A stretch of 64,000 nucleotides of DNA. Origin: Nitrospirota bacterium. Lineage in GTDB: Bacteria; Nitrospirota; UBA9217. Below, one piece after another: positions 31,812-42,675 of this stretch. The stretch covers positions 18,555-82,554 of the forward strand of contig DASPSR010000024.1 in the NCBI GenBank assembly GCA_035623825.1, in the 5' to 3' direction. The translations under genes were made by a program, and so were the position numbers. Below the pieces are notes generated by a model, which was not told the DNA's origin, ran no database searches, and worked only from the letters and a program-made list of their open reading frames with translations. How positions within the stretch are numbered: position 1 is the stretch's first letter; every line of letters starts with the position of its first letter.

Positions 31812-32747
31812 CTACTTCAACTCTTCCTGGAACAGCCAGGTCGAGAGATATCGCTCGCCCGAGTCGGGAAGGACCGCGACAATGAGCTTGCCGTCGCTCT
31901 CCGGCCGCTTCGCAACCTCCAGGGCCGCCCACATCGCGCCGCCAGAGGAGATGCCACAGAGTATTCCCTCCTCGCGGCAGAGTCGCCGCGCCGTCTCGCC
32001 CGAATCTTCTGCGCTCACGAGGATGACCTCGTCGAACAGTTCCTTCCTGAGGACTTTCGGCACGAATCCCGGGCCCCATCCCTGGATCTTGTGCGGGCCG
32101 GGTTTGCCGCCGCTGATCACCGGCGAATCCTTCGGTTCAGCTGCGATCACCTTGAGTTCAGGGCGCCGCGGCTTCAGGATCTCGGCGCATCCCGTCACAG
32201 TCCCGCCGGTCCCGGTGCCGCAGACCAGTACATCGATCCTCCCGTCTGTGTCCCTCCAGATCTCCTCGGCCGTCGTTTCTCGGTGGATCGCCGGGTTCGC
32301 GGGATTCTCGAACTGCTGCAGCAGGAGATAGCGGCCGTCTGCGGCAGCCATCTCGCAGGCGCGAGCGATGGCGCCTTTCATCCCTTCGGCTCCCGGCGTG
32401 AGCACCAGTTCCGCGCCGAACGCCCGGAGGACCTGGCGCCGCTCCATGCTCATCGTCTCCGGCATCGTGAGCGTAAGCCTGTATCCCTTCGCCGCGGCCG
32501 CGAAGGCAAGGGCGATACCAGTGTTCCCGCTCGTCGGCTCCAGCAGGACCGTGTCCGGGCAGATCCGGTGCTCCCACTCGGCCGCCTCGATCATGGAGAC
32601 GCCGATACGGTCCTTCACTGACGAGCAGGGATTGAAGCTCTCGAGCTTCGCAACGACTTCCGCCTTAAGTCCCCTCGTCAGTCGGTTGATCCTCACTAGC
32701 GGTGTGTTCCCTATTGTCTTCGTGATATCGTCGCGAATCTTCTCCAT
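31812..32747 (-). CDS. cysK: Cysteine synthase A
   Basis: [44 protein letters not shown]. Confidence 0.93.
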   Translation of the reverse strand: MEKIRDDITKTIGNTPLVRINRLTRGLKAEVVAKLESFNPCSSVKDRIGVSMIEAAEWEHRICPDTVLLEPTSGNTGIALAFAAAAKGYRLTLTMPETMSMERRQVLRAFGAELVLTPGAEGMKGAIARACEMAAADGRYLLLQQFENPANPAIHRETTAEEIWRDTDGRIDVLVCGTGTGGTVTGCAEILKPRRPELKVIAAEPKDSPVISGGKPGPHKIQGWGPGFVPKVLRKELFDEVILVSAEDSGETARRLCREEGILCGISSGGAMWAALEVAKRPESDGKLIVAVLPDSGERYLSTWLFQEELK

Positions 32748-32759
32748 GTTTAACCATCC

Positions 32760-33146
32760 TTATTGAACAATCGTTTGCATTTCGTCTGCCGATACGATGT
32801 CGACGAGGCAACAGGCGGAGCAGATCAGTTCGTCGAAAACAGGAGGGGCCACGATCAGGTCGATCTGCGCGTTGGTTGCATATGTCAGGATGTCACGGTG
32901 ATCGGTGATGGACATGAACACCGCGCTGGCCGGGATGCCGCAGCCGTGGTCATGCACCGAAGCGCGGACCAGATCAAAACATCGCAGCGAGTCCTGCAGC
33001 GCCTTTTCAGACCTGACCTCCTGTCGTTTATGCACGTGCGCGATGGTCAGCTTTCCATGTGTATCAAGGGCCCTTCCTATCCCATAGGTGAGCGCCGACT
33101 GCGAATCTTGCGAACCATCACTGACGACCAAGATATTCATATCCAA
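32760..33146 (-). CDS. Universal stress protein-like
   Basis: NILVVSDGS..S..AL.YG, LTIAHV, IDLIV. Confidence 0.7.
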   Translation of the reverse strand: MDMNILVVSDGSQDSQSALTYGIGRALDTHGKLTIAHVHKRQEVRSEKALQDSLRCFDLVRASVHDHGCGIPASAVFMSITDHRDILTYATNAQIDLIVAPPVFDELICSACCLVDIVSADEMQTIVQ

Positions 33147-33180
33147 CTCCTTACCGTCGATTCTCGCTGCCAGTGGACCG

Positions 33181-34326
33181 TCATCGCTTTTCCACCAGTA
33201 CCCGGAAATGGCCGTTCTCCGGGTCGACTTTCAAGACCTTGTGCCCTTCGTCTTTCAGGCTCCTGGTGACGTTTACGATCGGCTCGCCGTCGTCGAGCAG
33301 GATATCAAGCCGTTCACCTGTCTTGATCTTCTCTATGGCAAGCTTTGCCCGCACAAAATTCATAGGGCAGCAGATGCCGAGGAGGTCAAGGAGTATGCCG
33401 CTCCCTTCGATGGATGGCTGCGGTGCAGGTTCCGCAGCAGCCGTATCTTTCGCTTCCCCGAAAATTTCGGCAAATGCCTTTTCCACGCCGATGCGGTCTA
33501 AGGTGTGGCCAAAACGCTCCTTCTTGTTGCCGTGGTTAAGGTAGAAGCAAAACACGCTCTCGACATCGCGGAGCAGTTCTTCCTTCGTCTCGATCAGCGC
33601 CTTTGCACGGGTGCCAAGACGCGGACGCTTGCCCAGTGTTCCTCCGAGGAAAAGCGTATAGCCGGTTTTACGGGCGGTCCAAGCCGCGGTCGGGCAGTTC
33701 CTGATGCAGAGACCACAGTAAATGCATTTCTCCGCATCGAGGACGCACGCGTCATCCCGTTCATCGATGGCCTTGACCGGGCAGATGCTGACGCAGAGCC
33801 TGCAGGAAATGCATGTTTCCTTGTCCCATCCGGGCAGAACGCCGCCCATCACGCCCACATCGTTCTCTATGGGCTTTGAGCAGCTGTTCGGGCAGCCAGA
33901 GACGCCGATCTTGAACTTGTGCGGCGCCTGTTGACGGAAGTAGCGGCTGTCCAGCTCCGCGGCCAGCGCCTTGGTCTCGATGATTGCCGATGTGCAGACC
34001 GCCGTACCCGGACACGCAACGATTCCTCGGCCCCGGGGGCCGCACACGCCGAGTATGATGCCTCCCTGTTCGAGCTCATCCCGCGCCGCTTCGAGATTCT
34101 CAACGCGCACATGGGGGATCTCCACGGCCTGGCGTGTGGTGAGATGCACTTCGCCGTGGCCGTATTTACGGGCAACCTGCGCGATAACGTTCAAGTCGTC
34201 GGTGGTCAGGTCGCCACCCACAGTCCTCAGTCGGATGAGGAAAGTGTCCTTCTGGTTCTGCGCGATGATGCCGATGCGCTTAAGCCCATCGATATCAACT
34301 TTTTGATCGGTTGCCAGTTCGCCCAT
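33181..34326 (-). CDS. Siroheme sulfite/nitrite reductase-like 4Fe-4S protein fused to ferredoxin and a C-terminal TusA/SirA domain
   Basis: HLTTRQ, ACPGTAVC, KFKIGVSGCPNSC, two CxxCxxCxxxCP motifs, ERFG, then LDLLGICCPMNFVRAKL; start at 34326 with GAGGTG RBS. Confidence 0.88.
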   Translation of the reverse strand: MGELATDQKVDIDGLKRIGIIAQNQKDTFLIRLRTVGGDLTTDDLNVIAQVARKYGHGEVHLTTRQAVEIPHVRVENLEAARDELEQGGIILGVCGPRGRGIVACPGTAVCTSAIIETKALAAELDSRYFRQQAPHKFKIGVSGCPNSCSKPIENDVGVMGGVLPGWDKETCISCRLCVSICPVKAIDERDDACVLDAEKCIYCGLCIRNCPTAAWTARKTGYTLFLGGTLGKRPRLGTRAKALIETKEELLRDVESVFCFYLNHGNKKERFGHTLDRIGVEKAFAEIFGEAKDTAAAEPAPQPSIEGSGILLDLLGICCPMNFVRAKLAIEKIKTGERLDILLDDGEPIVNVTRSLKDEGHKVLKVDPENGHFRVLVEKR

Positions 34327-34435
34327 TTTGTTCACCTCGCTGGTTGCAGCAAAGATAGTAGCGGATGCTAGCTTTGCAGTTTTAAAAAGAAACCCTGTTC
34401 TGCACTGCAGCATCTCTGTACCGTCACTCATATAG

Positions 34436-34451
34436 GCAACCAGCATGCCAA
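34436..34451 (-). promoter_or_regulatory. Sigma54 -24/-12 promoter of the Cys/Met operon
   Basis: Minus strand TTGGCATGCTGGTTGC, canonical GG-N10-GC, opposite a divergent bEBP gene. Confidence 0.8.
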
Positions 34452-34548
34452 ATGAGTATTCGTTAATAAACAATCAGTTATTTATTGACATCTATCCGCA
34501 ATTGGTTTATTAATATACAACGAGTTAAATAATTATACAGAGGTCATT

Positions 34549-35910
34549 ATGCAGAACATCCTCCTGTTGACGCGCGACGATTCGCTTGAAAAAGGACTCC
34601 AGCCGATGCTTCCCAAAGGTCACCGGCTTGTTTCCAGAGGTAAGGTGGCGGCTCCTGCCGGCGGCTTGCCCATCGTGATCATCGACATCGACAGCATTGA
34701 CGTGGGCCGCATACGCGATTATGCGGGAAAAAGTATCGTTCTTGCCGTAACGAAGCAGGAGCGGAGCGGCCCCGTAATGGAAGCCGCGACCTACGGTGCC
34801 TACGAAATTATGAGGTTGCCGCTCAGCAAGGAGCGAATCGAGCGGTTCCTTGCCAAGCTCGCGGCTCTTCGCCGTGAACTGATGGATATCGTTGCCATCG
34901 ACAAGGATATCCTGGCTCCCGCCGCCACGTGCGTCATTGTGGGACGATCAACACTGGTTATGAGCCTCTGTGAGAAGGTGGCCCGCATAGCCCAGGTCGA
35001 GGTGCCCGTGCTGATTACAGGCGAGACGGGGACCGGGAAGGAACTTGTGGCCGAGGCCATAGCTCAGCTCTCCTCGCGTTTCGGCAAGCCGTTCGTCGTA
35101 ATCAACTCCGCGGCAATGCCCGAAGCACTGCTCGAATCAGAGCTCTTTGGGTACGAACGAGGCGCTTTTACCGGTGCAGTCGCAGCAAAGGAAGGCATGC
35201 TCAAGACGGCGGATGGCGGGTGCGTGTTCTTCGACGAGGTGGGCGAGCTGCCGATTGCGCTCCAGGGAAAGCTACTGAGATTCCTTCAGACCCAGACGTT
35301 CTATCCGGTGGGGAGCACGAAAGAGATACAGGTGAATGTGCGCATCATCTCGGCCACGAATAGGGACCTGGCGGCCATGGTGCGGGAGGGCCGATTTCGT
35401 GAAGACCTGTACCACCGGTTGCGCGTCGCCACAGTCCACGCTCCGCCGCTCCGAGAGCGAAAGAAAGACATAATGCCGCTGGTTCAATGCCTGTTCTACC
35501 GCCATTCTCACACCGCGCAAAAGCTGATCAAGGGCGTGACCAAAGCGTTCATGGACCGGCTGCTTGCCTATGACTGGCCGGGAAACATCCGGGAACTCGA
35601 GAACACACTACGTTCGGCGATCGCACTATGCAAAACCGATTACCTGACGATCCATGATCTGAGCGATCTCGGGTCGCAAGCCCTGACCGCGACGCGGGAA
35701 AACCCGGCCCAAACCGTTGCTTCCGGGGTAACACCCTTTGTGAAAGGCTTACTTGATAGGAAAGAGCGGGGCATTTACGAAAAAGTTCACACCGCGGTGG
35801 ATCGACACCTGCTGGAATATGTCTTGTCCGTTGCGGGGGAGAATCAGTCCGAGGCCGCGCGACTGCTCGGTATCAGCAGGCTGACGCTACGGAAAAAACT
35901 GGCGATATAA
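34549..35910 (+). CDS. Sigma54-dependent transcriptional activator with degenerate receiver-like N-domain
   Basis: GETGTGKE, ESELFGYERGAFTGA, FFDEVGE, WPGNIRELEN, NQSEAARLLGISRLTL. Confidence 0.93.
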   Translation: MQNILLLTRDDSLEKGLQPMLPKGHRLVSRGKVAAPAGGLPIVIIDIDSIDVGRIRDYAGKSIVLAVTKQERSGPVMEAATYGAYEIMRLPLSKERIERFLAKLAALRRELMDIVAIDKDILAPAATCVIVGRSTLVMSLCEKVARIAQVEVPVLITGETGTGKELVAEAIAQLSSRFGKPFVVINSAAMPEALLESELFGYERGAFTGAVAAKEGMLKTADGGCVFFDEVGELPIALQGKLLRFLQTQTFYPVGSTKEIQVNVRIISATNRDLAAMVREGRFREDLYHRLRVATVHAPPLRERKKDIMPLVQCLFYRHSHTAQKLIKGVTKAFMDRLLAYDWPGNIRELENTLRSAIALCKTDYLTIHDLSDLGSQALTATRENPAQTVASGVTPFVKGLLDRKERGIYEKVHTAVDRHLLEYVLSVAGENQSEAARLLGISRLTLRKKLAI

Positions 35911-35937
35911 AGCAGGCAGGATAGAAAGGAGTTACCT

Positions 35938-36261
35938 ATGTCAGACAGTGATGTAAAGAAGGCTACAGATGCTCTAAAAACATTGGCGCCGGATTATGTG
36001 CAACTTACCCAAGACGTTCTTTTCGGTGATGTCTGGAAGCGTCCGCCGCTCTCGCAGCGCGACAAGAGCTTGATCACGGTAACCTGCCTGGTCGCGCTGA
36101 ATCGTATCGAACAGGTCGAGTTCCATCTCAAAAAGGCCTTCGAGAATGGACTGACGAAGGAAGAACTGGTGGCTGCGATCACGCATATTGCGTTCTACGC
36201 AGGGTGGCCGACTGCAGCGTCCGGCTTAAATCATTTGAAGAACGTACTTGAGAAAAAATGA
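35938..36261 (+). CDS. Carboxymuconolactone decarboxylase family protein
   Basis: LFGDVWKRP.LS.RDKSLITV, FYAGWP. Confidence 0.9.
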   Translation: MSDSDVKKATDALKTLAPDYVQLTQDVLFGDVWKRPPLSQRDKSLITVTCLVALNRIEQVEFHLKKAFENGLTKEELVAAITHIAFYAGWPTAASGLNHLKNVLEKK

Positions 36262-36280
36262 TTTTGATGAGGATCCTATC

Positions 36281-36793
36281 ATGAATTTAACGAAGGGGAA
36301 ATGCCTGATAGCTTATTTCACCCGGAAGGGTCAAAACTATGTCAGCGGGCGGATTGTCGATCTTAAAGTCGGCAATACCGAAGTTGTCTCGGGCGGCGAC
36401 ATGTTTCACATTGAGACTGTTGCTGCCTGCCCCAAGGATTATACGGAAACTACGGAAGTTGCCAAGAATGAGCTGCGTGCCAAAGCCAGGCCGAAGCTGA
36501 CCGGACGAGTCGAAAACATGGGGGCATATGATGTGATCTTCTTAGGATATCCGAATTGGTGGGGAACGCCGCCCATGGCCGTGTTCACCTTCCTGGAGAG
36601 CTATGATTTTTCCGGAAAGGCAATTGTTCCCTTCTGTACCCATGAAGGCAGTGGCATGGGCCATAGCGAAAAGGATATTGCCGAAGCATGCCCCAAAGCT
36701 ACCATTTTGCATGGACTTGCCATATATGGAAGCCACGCAAGTTCCGCGGAATCAGAAGTGTCAAGTTGGATCGATAAAATAGATATTCGCTAA
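36281..36793 (+). CDS. Flavodoxin
   Basis: IAYFTR.G.NY, GNTE, IFLGYPNWWGT, PFCTHEGSG. Confidence 0.85.
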   Translation: MNLTKGKCLIAYFTRKGQNYVSGRIVDLKVGNTEVVSGGDMFHIETVAACPKDYTETTEVAKNELRAKARPKLTGRVENMGAYDVIFLGYPNWWGTPPMAVFTFLESYDFSGKAIVPFCTHEGSGMGHSEKDIAEACPKATILHGLAIYGSHASSAESEVSSWIDKIDIR

Positions 36794-36815
36794 TCAGGGA
36801 GAAGGGAGATAAATC

Positions 36816-37832
36816 ATGAAAGGCACTGTTCTCTACGGTCCGCGCGATGTGCGTTTTGAGGAGCGCGCCGACCCGAAAATCCTCAAACCGACGGATGCTA
36901 TCATCAGTATCTCGGCCACCTGTGTGTGCGGGTCCGACCTGTGGCCCTACCGTGGTATCCAGTCGACCACCGGGCCTACCGCAATGGGGCACGAGTATTG
37001 CGGAATTGTCGAGGAGGTAGGGAGCGCAGTCACATCCGTCAAGCGAGGCCAGTTCGTCATCGGATCATTCTTCAGCTCCGACAATACCTGTCCCACATGC
37101 CAGATCGGCTACCAGTCATCCTGCCAAGACCGGGAACTCGTTCTCGGAGCCCAAGCGCCTTTTCTGCGCGTCCCAAACGCGAACGGTACCCTTGTGCCTA
37201 CCCGTGCGATTCCTTCAGCTGACATGATCCCGAGCCTTTTGGCGCTCTCGGATGTCATGGGCACCGGCTGGTTCGCCGCCATCGCGGCCGACGTGAAGCC
37301 CGGCAAGACAGTCGCGATCGTCGGTGACGGCGCGGTCGGGCTCCTCGGCGTGCTCTCCGCAAAGCAGATGGGCGCCGGCAGGATCATCGCGATGAGCCGT
37401 CACGAGGCTCGGCAGAGGCTCGCCCGCGCATTCGGCGCGACCGATATCGTGACCGAGCGCGGCGACGAAGGCGTGGCCCGCATCAAGGAAATGACCAAGG
37501 GGATCGGCGCCGACTCAGTGCTGGAATGCGTCGGCACCCAGGAGTCGATGATGCAGGCGATCCGTTCCACGCGTCCTGGCGGATACATCGGCTACGTCGG
37601 AGTCCCGCACGGGGTAGAGCTCAACGGCCAGCAGCTGTTCTTCGCTCATGTCCATCTCCACGGCGGCCCCGCTCCGGTTCGCCGTTTTCTGCCCGAGCTA
37701 ATCGACTTGGTATGGAACGGGAAAATCAATCCCGGCAAGGTCTTCGACCTGGCTCTGCCCTTGAACCAGGTGGCGGAGGGCTACCGCGCCATGGATGAGC
37801 GCCGAGCCATTAAGACGCTGCTGCGGCCGTGA
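36816..37832 (+). CDS. Zinc-dependent alcohol dehydrogenase family
   Basis: CVCGSDLW, GHEYCG, CxxC, GDGAVG Rossmann motif. Confidence 0.93.
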   Translation: MKGTVLYGPRDVRFEERADPKILKPTDAIISISATCVCGSDLWPYRGIQSTTGPTAMGHEYCGIVEEVGSAVTSVKRGQFVIGSFFSSDNTCPTCQIGYQSSCQDRELVLGAQAPFLRVPNANGTLVPTRAIPSADMIPSLLALSDVMGTGWFAAIAADVKPGKTVAIVGDGAVGLLGVLSAKQMGAGRIIAMSRHEARQRLARAFGATDIVTERGDEGVARIKEMTKGIGADSVLECVGTQESMMQAIRSTRPGGYIGYVGVPHGVELNGQQLFFAHVHLHGGPAPVRRFLPELIDLVWNGKINPGKVFDLALPLNQVAEGYRAMDERRAIKTLLRP

Positions 37833-38189
37833 ATAATGCGGCTCTTGGTATCGTCGTTGTTCATCTGATGTCTTCGCGGAACTGAGGAGATTTGGTTCGC
37901 GTGAGTCCGTGAGAAAAAGATCGCGCAGCGACCACAGAGATAATGTCGTATTTTGACATGAAAGATGCACTTCTCAGAAGAGACAAGATTTGCGGTTTAC
38001 GGGATGTAATGCACGCTGAAGGATGCAACTATAAAATAAGCGATTGGCAACGGCTTTGAGCTTACTTATAACAACAAATGAAATAATCTTCTTTTTTAAT
38101 TCTGTCTATAGTGCAGGTACCTACATTTTTGTACAGGGGCAGAATGCTACGACAGTCTACGGCAGCCAGCGCCCAGAAAAAATAACCGG

Positions 38190-38228
38190 ATGCCAGCTCT
38201 CTTTCGAAAGCTGGCATATATAATTTTT
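38190..38228. terminator. Hairpin between convergent genes (probable intrinsic terminator)
   Basis: ATGCCAGCT...AGCTGGCAT stem flanked by A-run and T-run. Confidence 0.55.
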
Positions 38229-38234
38229 TTCTTC

Positions 38235-39322
38235 TCAGAGTGTTATCCCGGCAACAATCGCGTCATTTATCTCGCTATCTGTTTCTGTGTATTCATAGCC
38301 ATCTACTTCTGTCCAACCGCCATTAGTATTCTGAGTACTGATTAAATATCCAATTGCTTTTTCAGCGGCAATTTGGTTGCCAGCTTTTACCAGAGCCGTG
38401 ACAGCATACGCCGTAGTCTGATCATTGTCTGCATTTCCTGTAAAATAACCATCTTGTTGTTGATCTGTCAGCAGATTGGTGATTAAGGAAGTACTCTCAG
38501 TTGTATACGTTGCTGTCGTCACGAATGCCTCAAGTGCTCCACTGACAGCCAGCCAATAGTCATTCGTTGGTGTTCCTGTGGGTTTGCTGCTGATATCGAA
38601 CACAAGGGTTACGGCGGGAGGTACTGAAACATAAAGCGCTGTGTATATTACTCCTGCCATTGCCGCGGCATCTGCATCAAATCCCTGTCCCGGAAAATAT
38701 CTGTTGAGCGCCAGGGCACCTTGAACATACAGATTAATATCCCACGCAACAATATCGGGAAGACCTTGACCTACTCTCACACCTTGAACATATGTGGCAA
38801 GAAACCTTTTGCGTTGCCTCCACCGAACTCCGCCAAAGCTGACTCATATCTGGTCTTGGCAAAGTTTGCGTATGCCGCAATTCCTGTCACTTCTGAAAGT
38901 TCGACGAGGAATGTTATGTCAGTTCCTCTTATTCTGTGGATGCTTGGATTTGCGTTTGTTGAATTTATTACCATTAGCCCATACGCATTTACACACGTAT
39001 TAAGATATTGGGCCTGCGGACTAATTTTGTACGCATCCAAAACTCCTTGTGCCGTTACACCGAGCGTATTATACGGACTTGGAAGAGCAGGGGTTACCGG
39101 ACTGTCAGGCGTAATCTGCCAATTCCATCCCCCGTCGCTATTTTGTGTATTGACTAAATGATTTGCAGCTTTGAGTATTTCGCTCGCATACACAGGTGGA
39201 TTTGATCCATTTGTACCATTGGTGCCGTTCGTTCCGGCTGCTCCGTTTGTACCATCGTTCCCTGTACATCCTGTTAGAGCAATAAGCATCAGCAAGCCTG
39301 CTACGAGAATAAACCTCTTCAT
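38235..39322 (-). pseudogene. Lipoprotein with collagen-like linker and prenyltransferase/squalene-cyclase-like repeats, frameshifted near 38800
   Basis: LTGC lipobox, GNDGTNGAAGTNGTNGTNG, LVNTQNSDGGW and YLISTQNTNGGW repeats; the two ORFs join across GGTTTCTTGCC (...GF-ATYVQGVRVGQGLPD). Confidence 0.7.
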
Positions 39323-39511
39323 TTAACTTCCTCCACACTTAACAAGATAAGGGTTCTTCGTACAAAAGTTTAAAAAGGCGAGATCCAAGATCGGACTGGA
39401 CTCCCACTTGAGTCGTAATGACGAAAAAACAAGCAGCAATTTGTTTTCATGACACTGGTCTGTATAAGAACTGATAAATCAGAAATACTCTGCCCGGGAT
39501 TAAAGTACGGC

Positions 39512-42220
39512 CTACCGGTGATGCTCACCCTTGAAGAAAATGCGAGCATCAACGACGGAGCTTCCCTTTCCCGCATCGAAGACCATAACCGGATTTATCT
39601 CCAACTCCGCGATTTCGGCGAAATCGTCAACGAGCGCCGAGAAACGGAGAAGTACTTCCTTGAGCGAATCCATGTCCTTCGGCGTGCTTCCCCGCCATCC
39701 CGTCAGCAGCGGCAGGCCTTTGAGCTGGGATAGCAGGTAATCGGGGTCTCTGTCAAGGAGAGGGTGGAGCGAGAATGCCACGTCCTTGATCAGCTCGACC
39801 TGCACTCCGCCGATGCCGACCATGAGAAGCGGTCCGAAGACCGGGTCCTGAGACATCCCGACGATGACCTCCTGGCCGCCCTTCATCATCGGCTGGATGA
39901 TGACTCCCTCCATGGCGTCCGCGCACCCGGCGAGATTCAGCCGCTCCCGCATCCCGATAAACGCATTCATCACATCCGCATCGTTCTGGAGGCCCAGTGC
40001 GATGCCGCCAACGTCCGTCTTGTGCGTGATTGACATCGAGCGCAGCTTCATTGCGACTGGGTAGCCGGTCTCCCGGGCAGCCTGTACGGCTTCATCGGGA
40101 GTGAATGCCGCCCTTGTCGCTGCGACAGGGATCCCGTATCTTTGGAGCAGCCCCATGGCGACCTCGGGTGCAAGCCAGCCACCTTTCTCGGAGTACGCCC
40201 CATGAGACCTGAGGAAACGTCTAGCCTCCTCTTCATCGATATCAGCAAACTCTCTGAGATGCCCCTCTTCGCGCTGCCTGTAGCAGGCATAGGGCCAGGA
40301 AAGCGCCAAAGACTTTATAGCGGCCTCCGGGAACATGTAGACCGGGAGGACCCGGCCGGAACCGTAATGCAGGTCGACTTCTGAAGCGCCGGACATCATA
40401 AAACAGGCTAGTACAGGTTTCTTACCCGTGTAGCCGGCCATGGCCTTCCTGATAGCAGACGCTACCTCCTCCGGTTCTCGGAGCGGAATATTGATAACGA
40501 GTACGGCGTCCAGGGCCGGGTCACCCAGCATCACGCCGAGCGCCTCTTCGAACTGCGAGCCGGTGGCCGAGGCTATGATGTCGACGGGATTCGCGAGGGC
40601 GGCCTCCTTCGGCAGGAACGAGGCAAGCTTCTTCTGCGTCTCCTCGGAGAGAGTTGGAACGGACAGTCCCCAATTGACGGCAGCATCGACAGCAAGAACC
40701 CCCGGACCTCCCGCGTTCGTCAGGATCCCGATGTTCCGTCCCGAAAGCAGTGGCTGCCCCGCCAGCAGCTTCGAGACGTCGAACATCTCTTCGATGGTAT
40801 CCACCCTGATCACGCCCGCCTGCCTGAAAAGCGCGTCCACGGCATCGTCCGAGGCAGCGAGCGCGCCGGTATGGGAACTGGCAGCCCTGCCACCCACATC
40901 GCTCCTGCCCGCCTTAACGGCGACGATCGGCTTCTTGCGAGAAATACGGCGGGTGATTCGGCTGAAGCGCCGAGTATTGCCGAAGGTCTCGAGATACAGC
41001 AGGATGACCGAGGTATTCTCATCATCCTCCCAGAACTCGAGCAGATCATTGGAAGAGACATCCATCCGGTTGCCGATGCTCGCGAAGTGCGCGATACCAA
41101 GATTGTTGCTCTTGACGTAATCGAGCAGGGCAAGGCCGAGCGCTCCGCTATGAGAGCCGATGCTCAGATTGCCCCGTGGGGGCCAGGTGTTCGCGAAGGT
41201 CGCGTTCAGGTTCACCCTCGGGTCCGTGTTCATGATGCCCAGGCAGTTGGGTCCGACGCACCGCATGCCGTAGGAGAGGACCTTTTCTCGGAGAAGCCGC
41301 TGACGCTCCCTCCCCTCGGAACCGCTCTCGCCGAACCCCGCCGAGATGACCACGATGCTCCAGACCCCTTTTCGGCCGCAGGCATCGACGATATCCAGGA
41401 CCATCGGCGCGGGTACGACAATGACTGCAAGGTCAACATCTCCGGGGATATCGGACACCGAGGCGTAGCAGAGGACGCCGTTTACCGCGGACGCCTTCGG
41501 GTTTACTGGGAAGACAGCGCCCCCGAAATCGTTATACAGCAGGTTCCGGAACACTTTTCCACCAACGCTACTGGGATTGCGTGATGCGCCTACGACGGCG
41601 ATGGTCTTAGGATACAGCATCCTCTGCATACCGAGCGAGCGGGAGATGTGCTCGCGCAGGGCCTGCCGCTTGGAAAATTCCTCCTGGTGCTCGAGGTCGA
41701 AGGTTATCTCGACATAGCCCTCGTGCATCCGCTTGGTGATATTGAACCCGCTCTCCTCAAAGACGCGCAGCATTCGCGTATTATCGGGAAGGACGTTGGC
41801 GATCAATTTCTTGATCCGGTATGTAAGCGCCTTCTCGGCGAGCTTCTCGAGAAGTGCTGTGCCGATGCCCCTCGCCTGGACGTTGTCTTCGACGACAAAA
41901 GCAATCTCAGCCATGCTTTGGTCCGGCGACAGGAACCACCGTGCCACGGCCCTGATCAGCTCCTCATCGCCTTCTCCTGTAAGCCCTAGATAGGCATAGC
42001 TTTCGGGCGGATGCACATCGGTAAAGTAATCAAGTTCCTTGTCGCTGATCTTCTCCTTCATGTGCCCGAACCGGAAATATCGGGTCTGCGGGCTCAGCCG
42101 ATAAAAGAAATCCTGGAGCTTATCCTTGTCGTCCCGGCCAATGGGACGGACCTTGAAGGTATGTCCGTCTCTCAGGATGATCCGTATAGCTTCAGCCATT
42201 TCCAGCGATTGAACAGCCAT
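39512..42220 (-). CDS. GNAT plus acyl-CoA synthetase-like fusion (Pat/PatZ-type protein lysine acetyltransferase, GNAT N-terminal)
   Basis: LRDG..F.VRPI, AEIAFVV..QARGIG GNAT; VVGAS, GPNCLG, ASSHTGALA, NPVD, ATP-grasp HKTDVGG, ELEINP. Confidence 0.92.
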   Translation of the reverse strand: MAVQSLEMAEAIRIILRDGHTFKVRPIGRDDKDKLQDFFYRLSPQTRYFRFGHMKEKISDKELDYFTDVHPPESYAYLGLTGEGDEELIRAVARWFLSPDQSMAEIAFVVEDNVQARGIGTALLEKLAEKALTYRIKKLIANVLPDNTRMLRVFEESGFNITKRMHEGYVEITFDLEHQEEFSKRQALREHISRSLGMQRMLYPKTIAVVGASRNPSSVGGKVFRNLLYNDFGGAVFPVNPKASAVNGVLCYASVSDIPGDVDLAVIVVPAPMVLDIVDACGRKGVWSIVVISAGFGESGSEGRERQRLLREKVLSYGMRCVGPNCLGIMNTDPRVNLNATFANTWPPRGNLSIGSHSGALGLALLDYVKSNNLGIAHFASIGNRMDVSSNDLLEFWEDDENTSVILLYLETFGNTRRFSRITRRISRKKPIVAVKAGRSDVGGRAASSHTGALAASDDAVDALFRQAGVIRVDTIEEMFDVSKLLAGQPLLSGRNIGILTNAGGPGVLAVDAAVNWGLSVPTLSEETQKKLASFLPKEAALANPVDIIASATGSQFEEALGVMLGDPALDAVLVINIPLREPEEVASAIRKAMAGYTGKKPVLACFMMSGASEVDLHYGSGRVLPVYMFPEAAIKSLALSWPYACYRQREEGHLREFADIDEEEARRFLRSHGAYSEKGGWLAPEVAMGLLQRYGIPVAATRAAFTPDEAVQAARETGYPVAMKLRSMSITHKTDVGGIALGLQNDADVMNAFIGMRERLNLAGCADAMEGVIIQPMMKGGQEVIVGMSQDPVFGPLLMVGIGGVQVELIKDVAFSLHPLLDRDPDYLLSQLKGLPLLTGWRGSTPKDMDSLKEVLLRFSALVDDFAEIAELEINPVMVFDAGKGSSVVDARIFFKGEHHR

Positions 42221-42675
42221 TTCATCACCTCATGGGACCTTCTTCCCGAGGGCCCGGTTCGTAAATTTGCAGTTCTTATCCTTCGTATGCGGATTCTTCA
42301 ACAGCAAATTGCTTTTGCATTAGGCGCTTCTCTCCGCGATCCCTGCACCGCAATTACTGTAGGAGGAAGTTATTCTTATGCCAATCAATAAATTTCTGAA
42401 AACTTGTTAATATTCTTATCGGAGTCTTATAATCTAACTTTAAGGAAATAATCGAGGTTTTAAGAAGTTATATATGGGTAGACAACTCTGACAGTTACGG
42501 GATTAAATATTAAATTGCCAATACCGGCAACTGTTGCGCAGTTCAGGATGAAAAGTGCGCCGCAAATTATGCCCAAAAATCATTAATTTTCAATCTCAAG
42601 ATTATTAGATCAATGTCAATTCGACTAAAGTATACACGTCACAATTCAGCACGATTTGCGCTACTAACGTCTCAT

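Noticed and set aside
34327-34473. N-terminal extension of the sulfite-reductase-like ORF
   Set aside because: Overlaps the sigma54 promoter; a good RBS supports the start at 34326.
42224-42255. GGGACCTTCTTCCCGAGGGCCC resembling the 51255 palindrome
   Set aside because: Left part is explained by the RBS of the acetyltransferase gene and the arms are poor.
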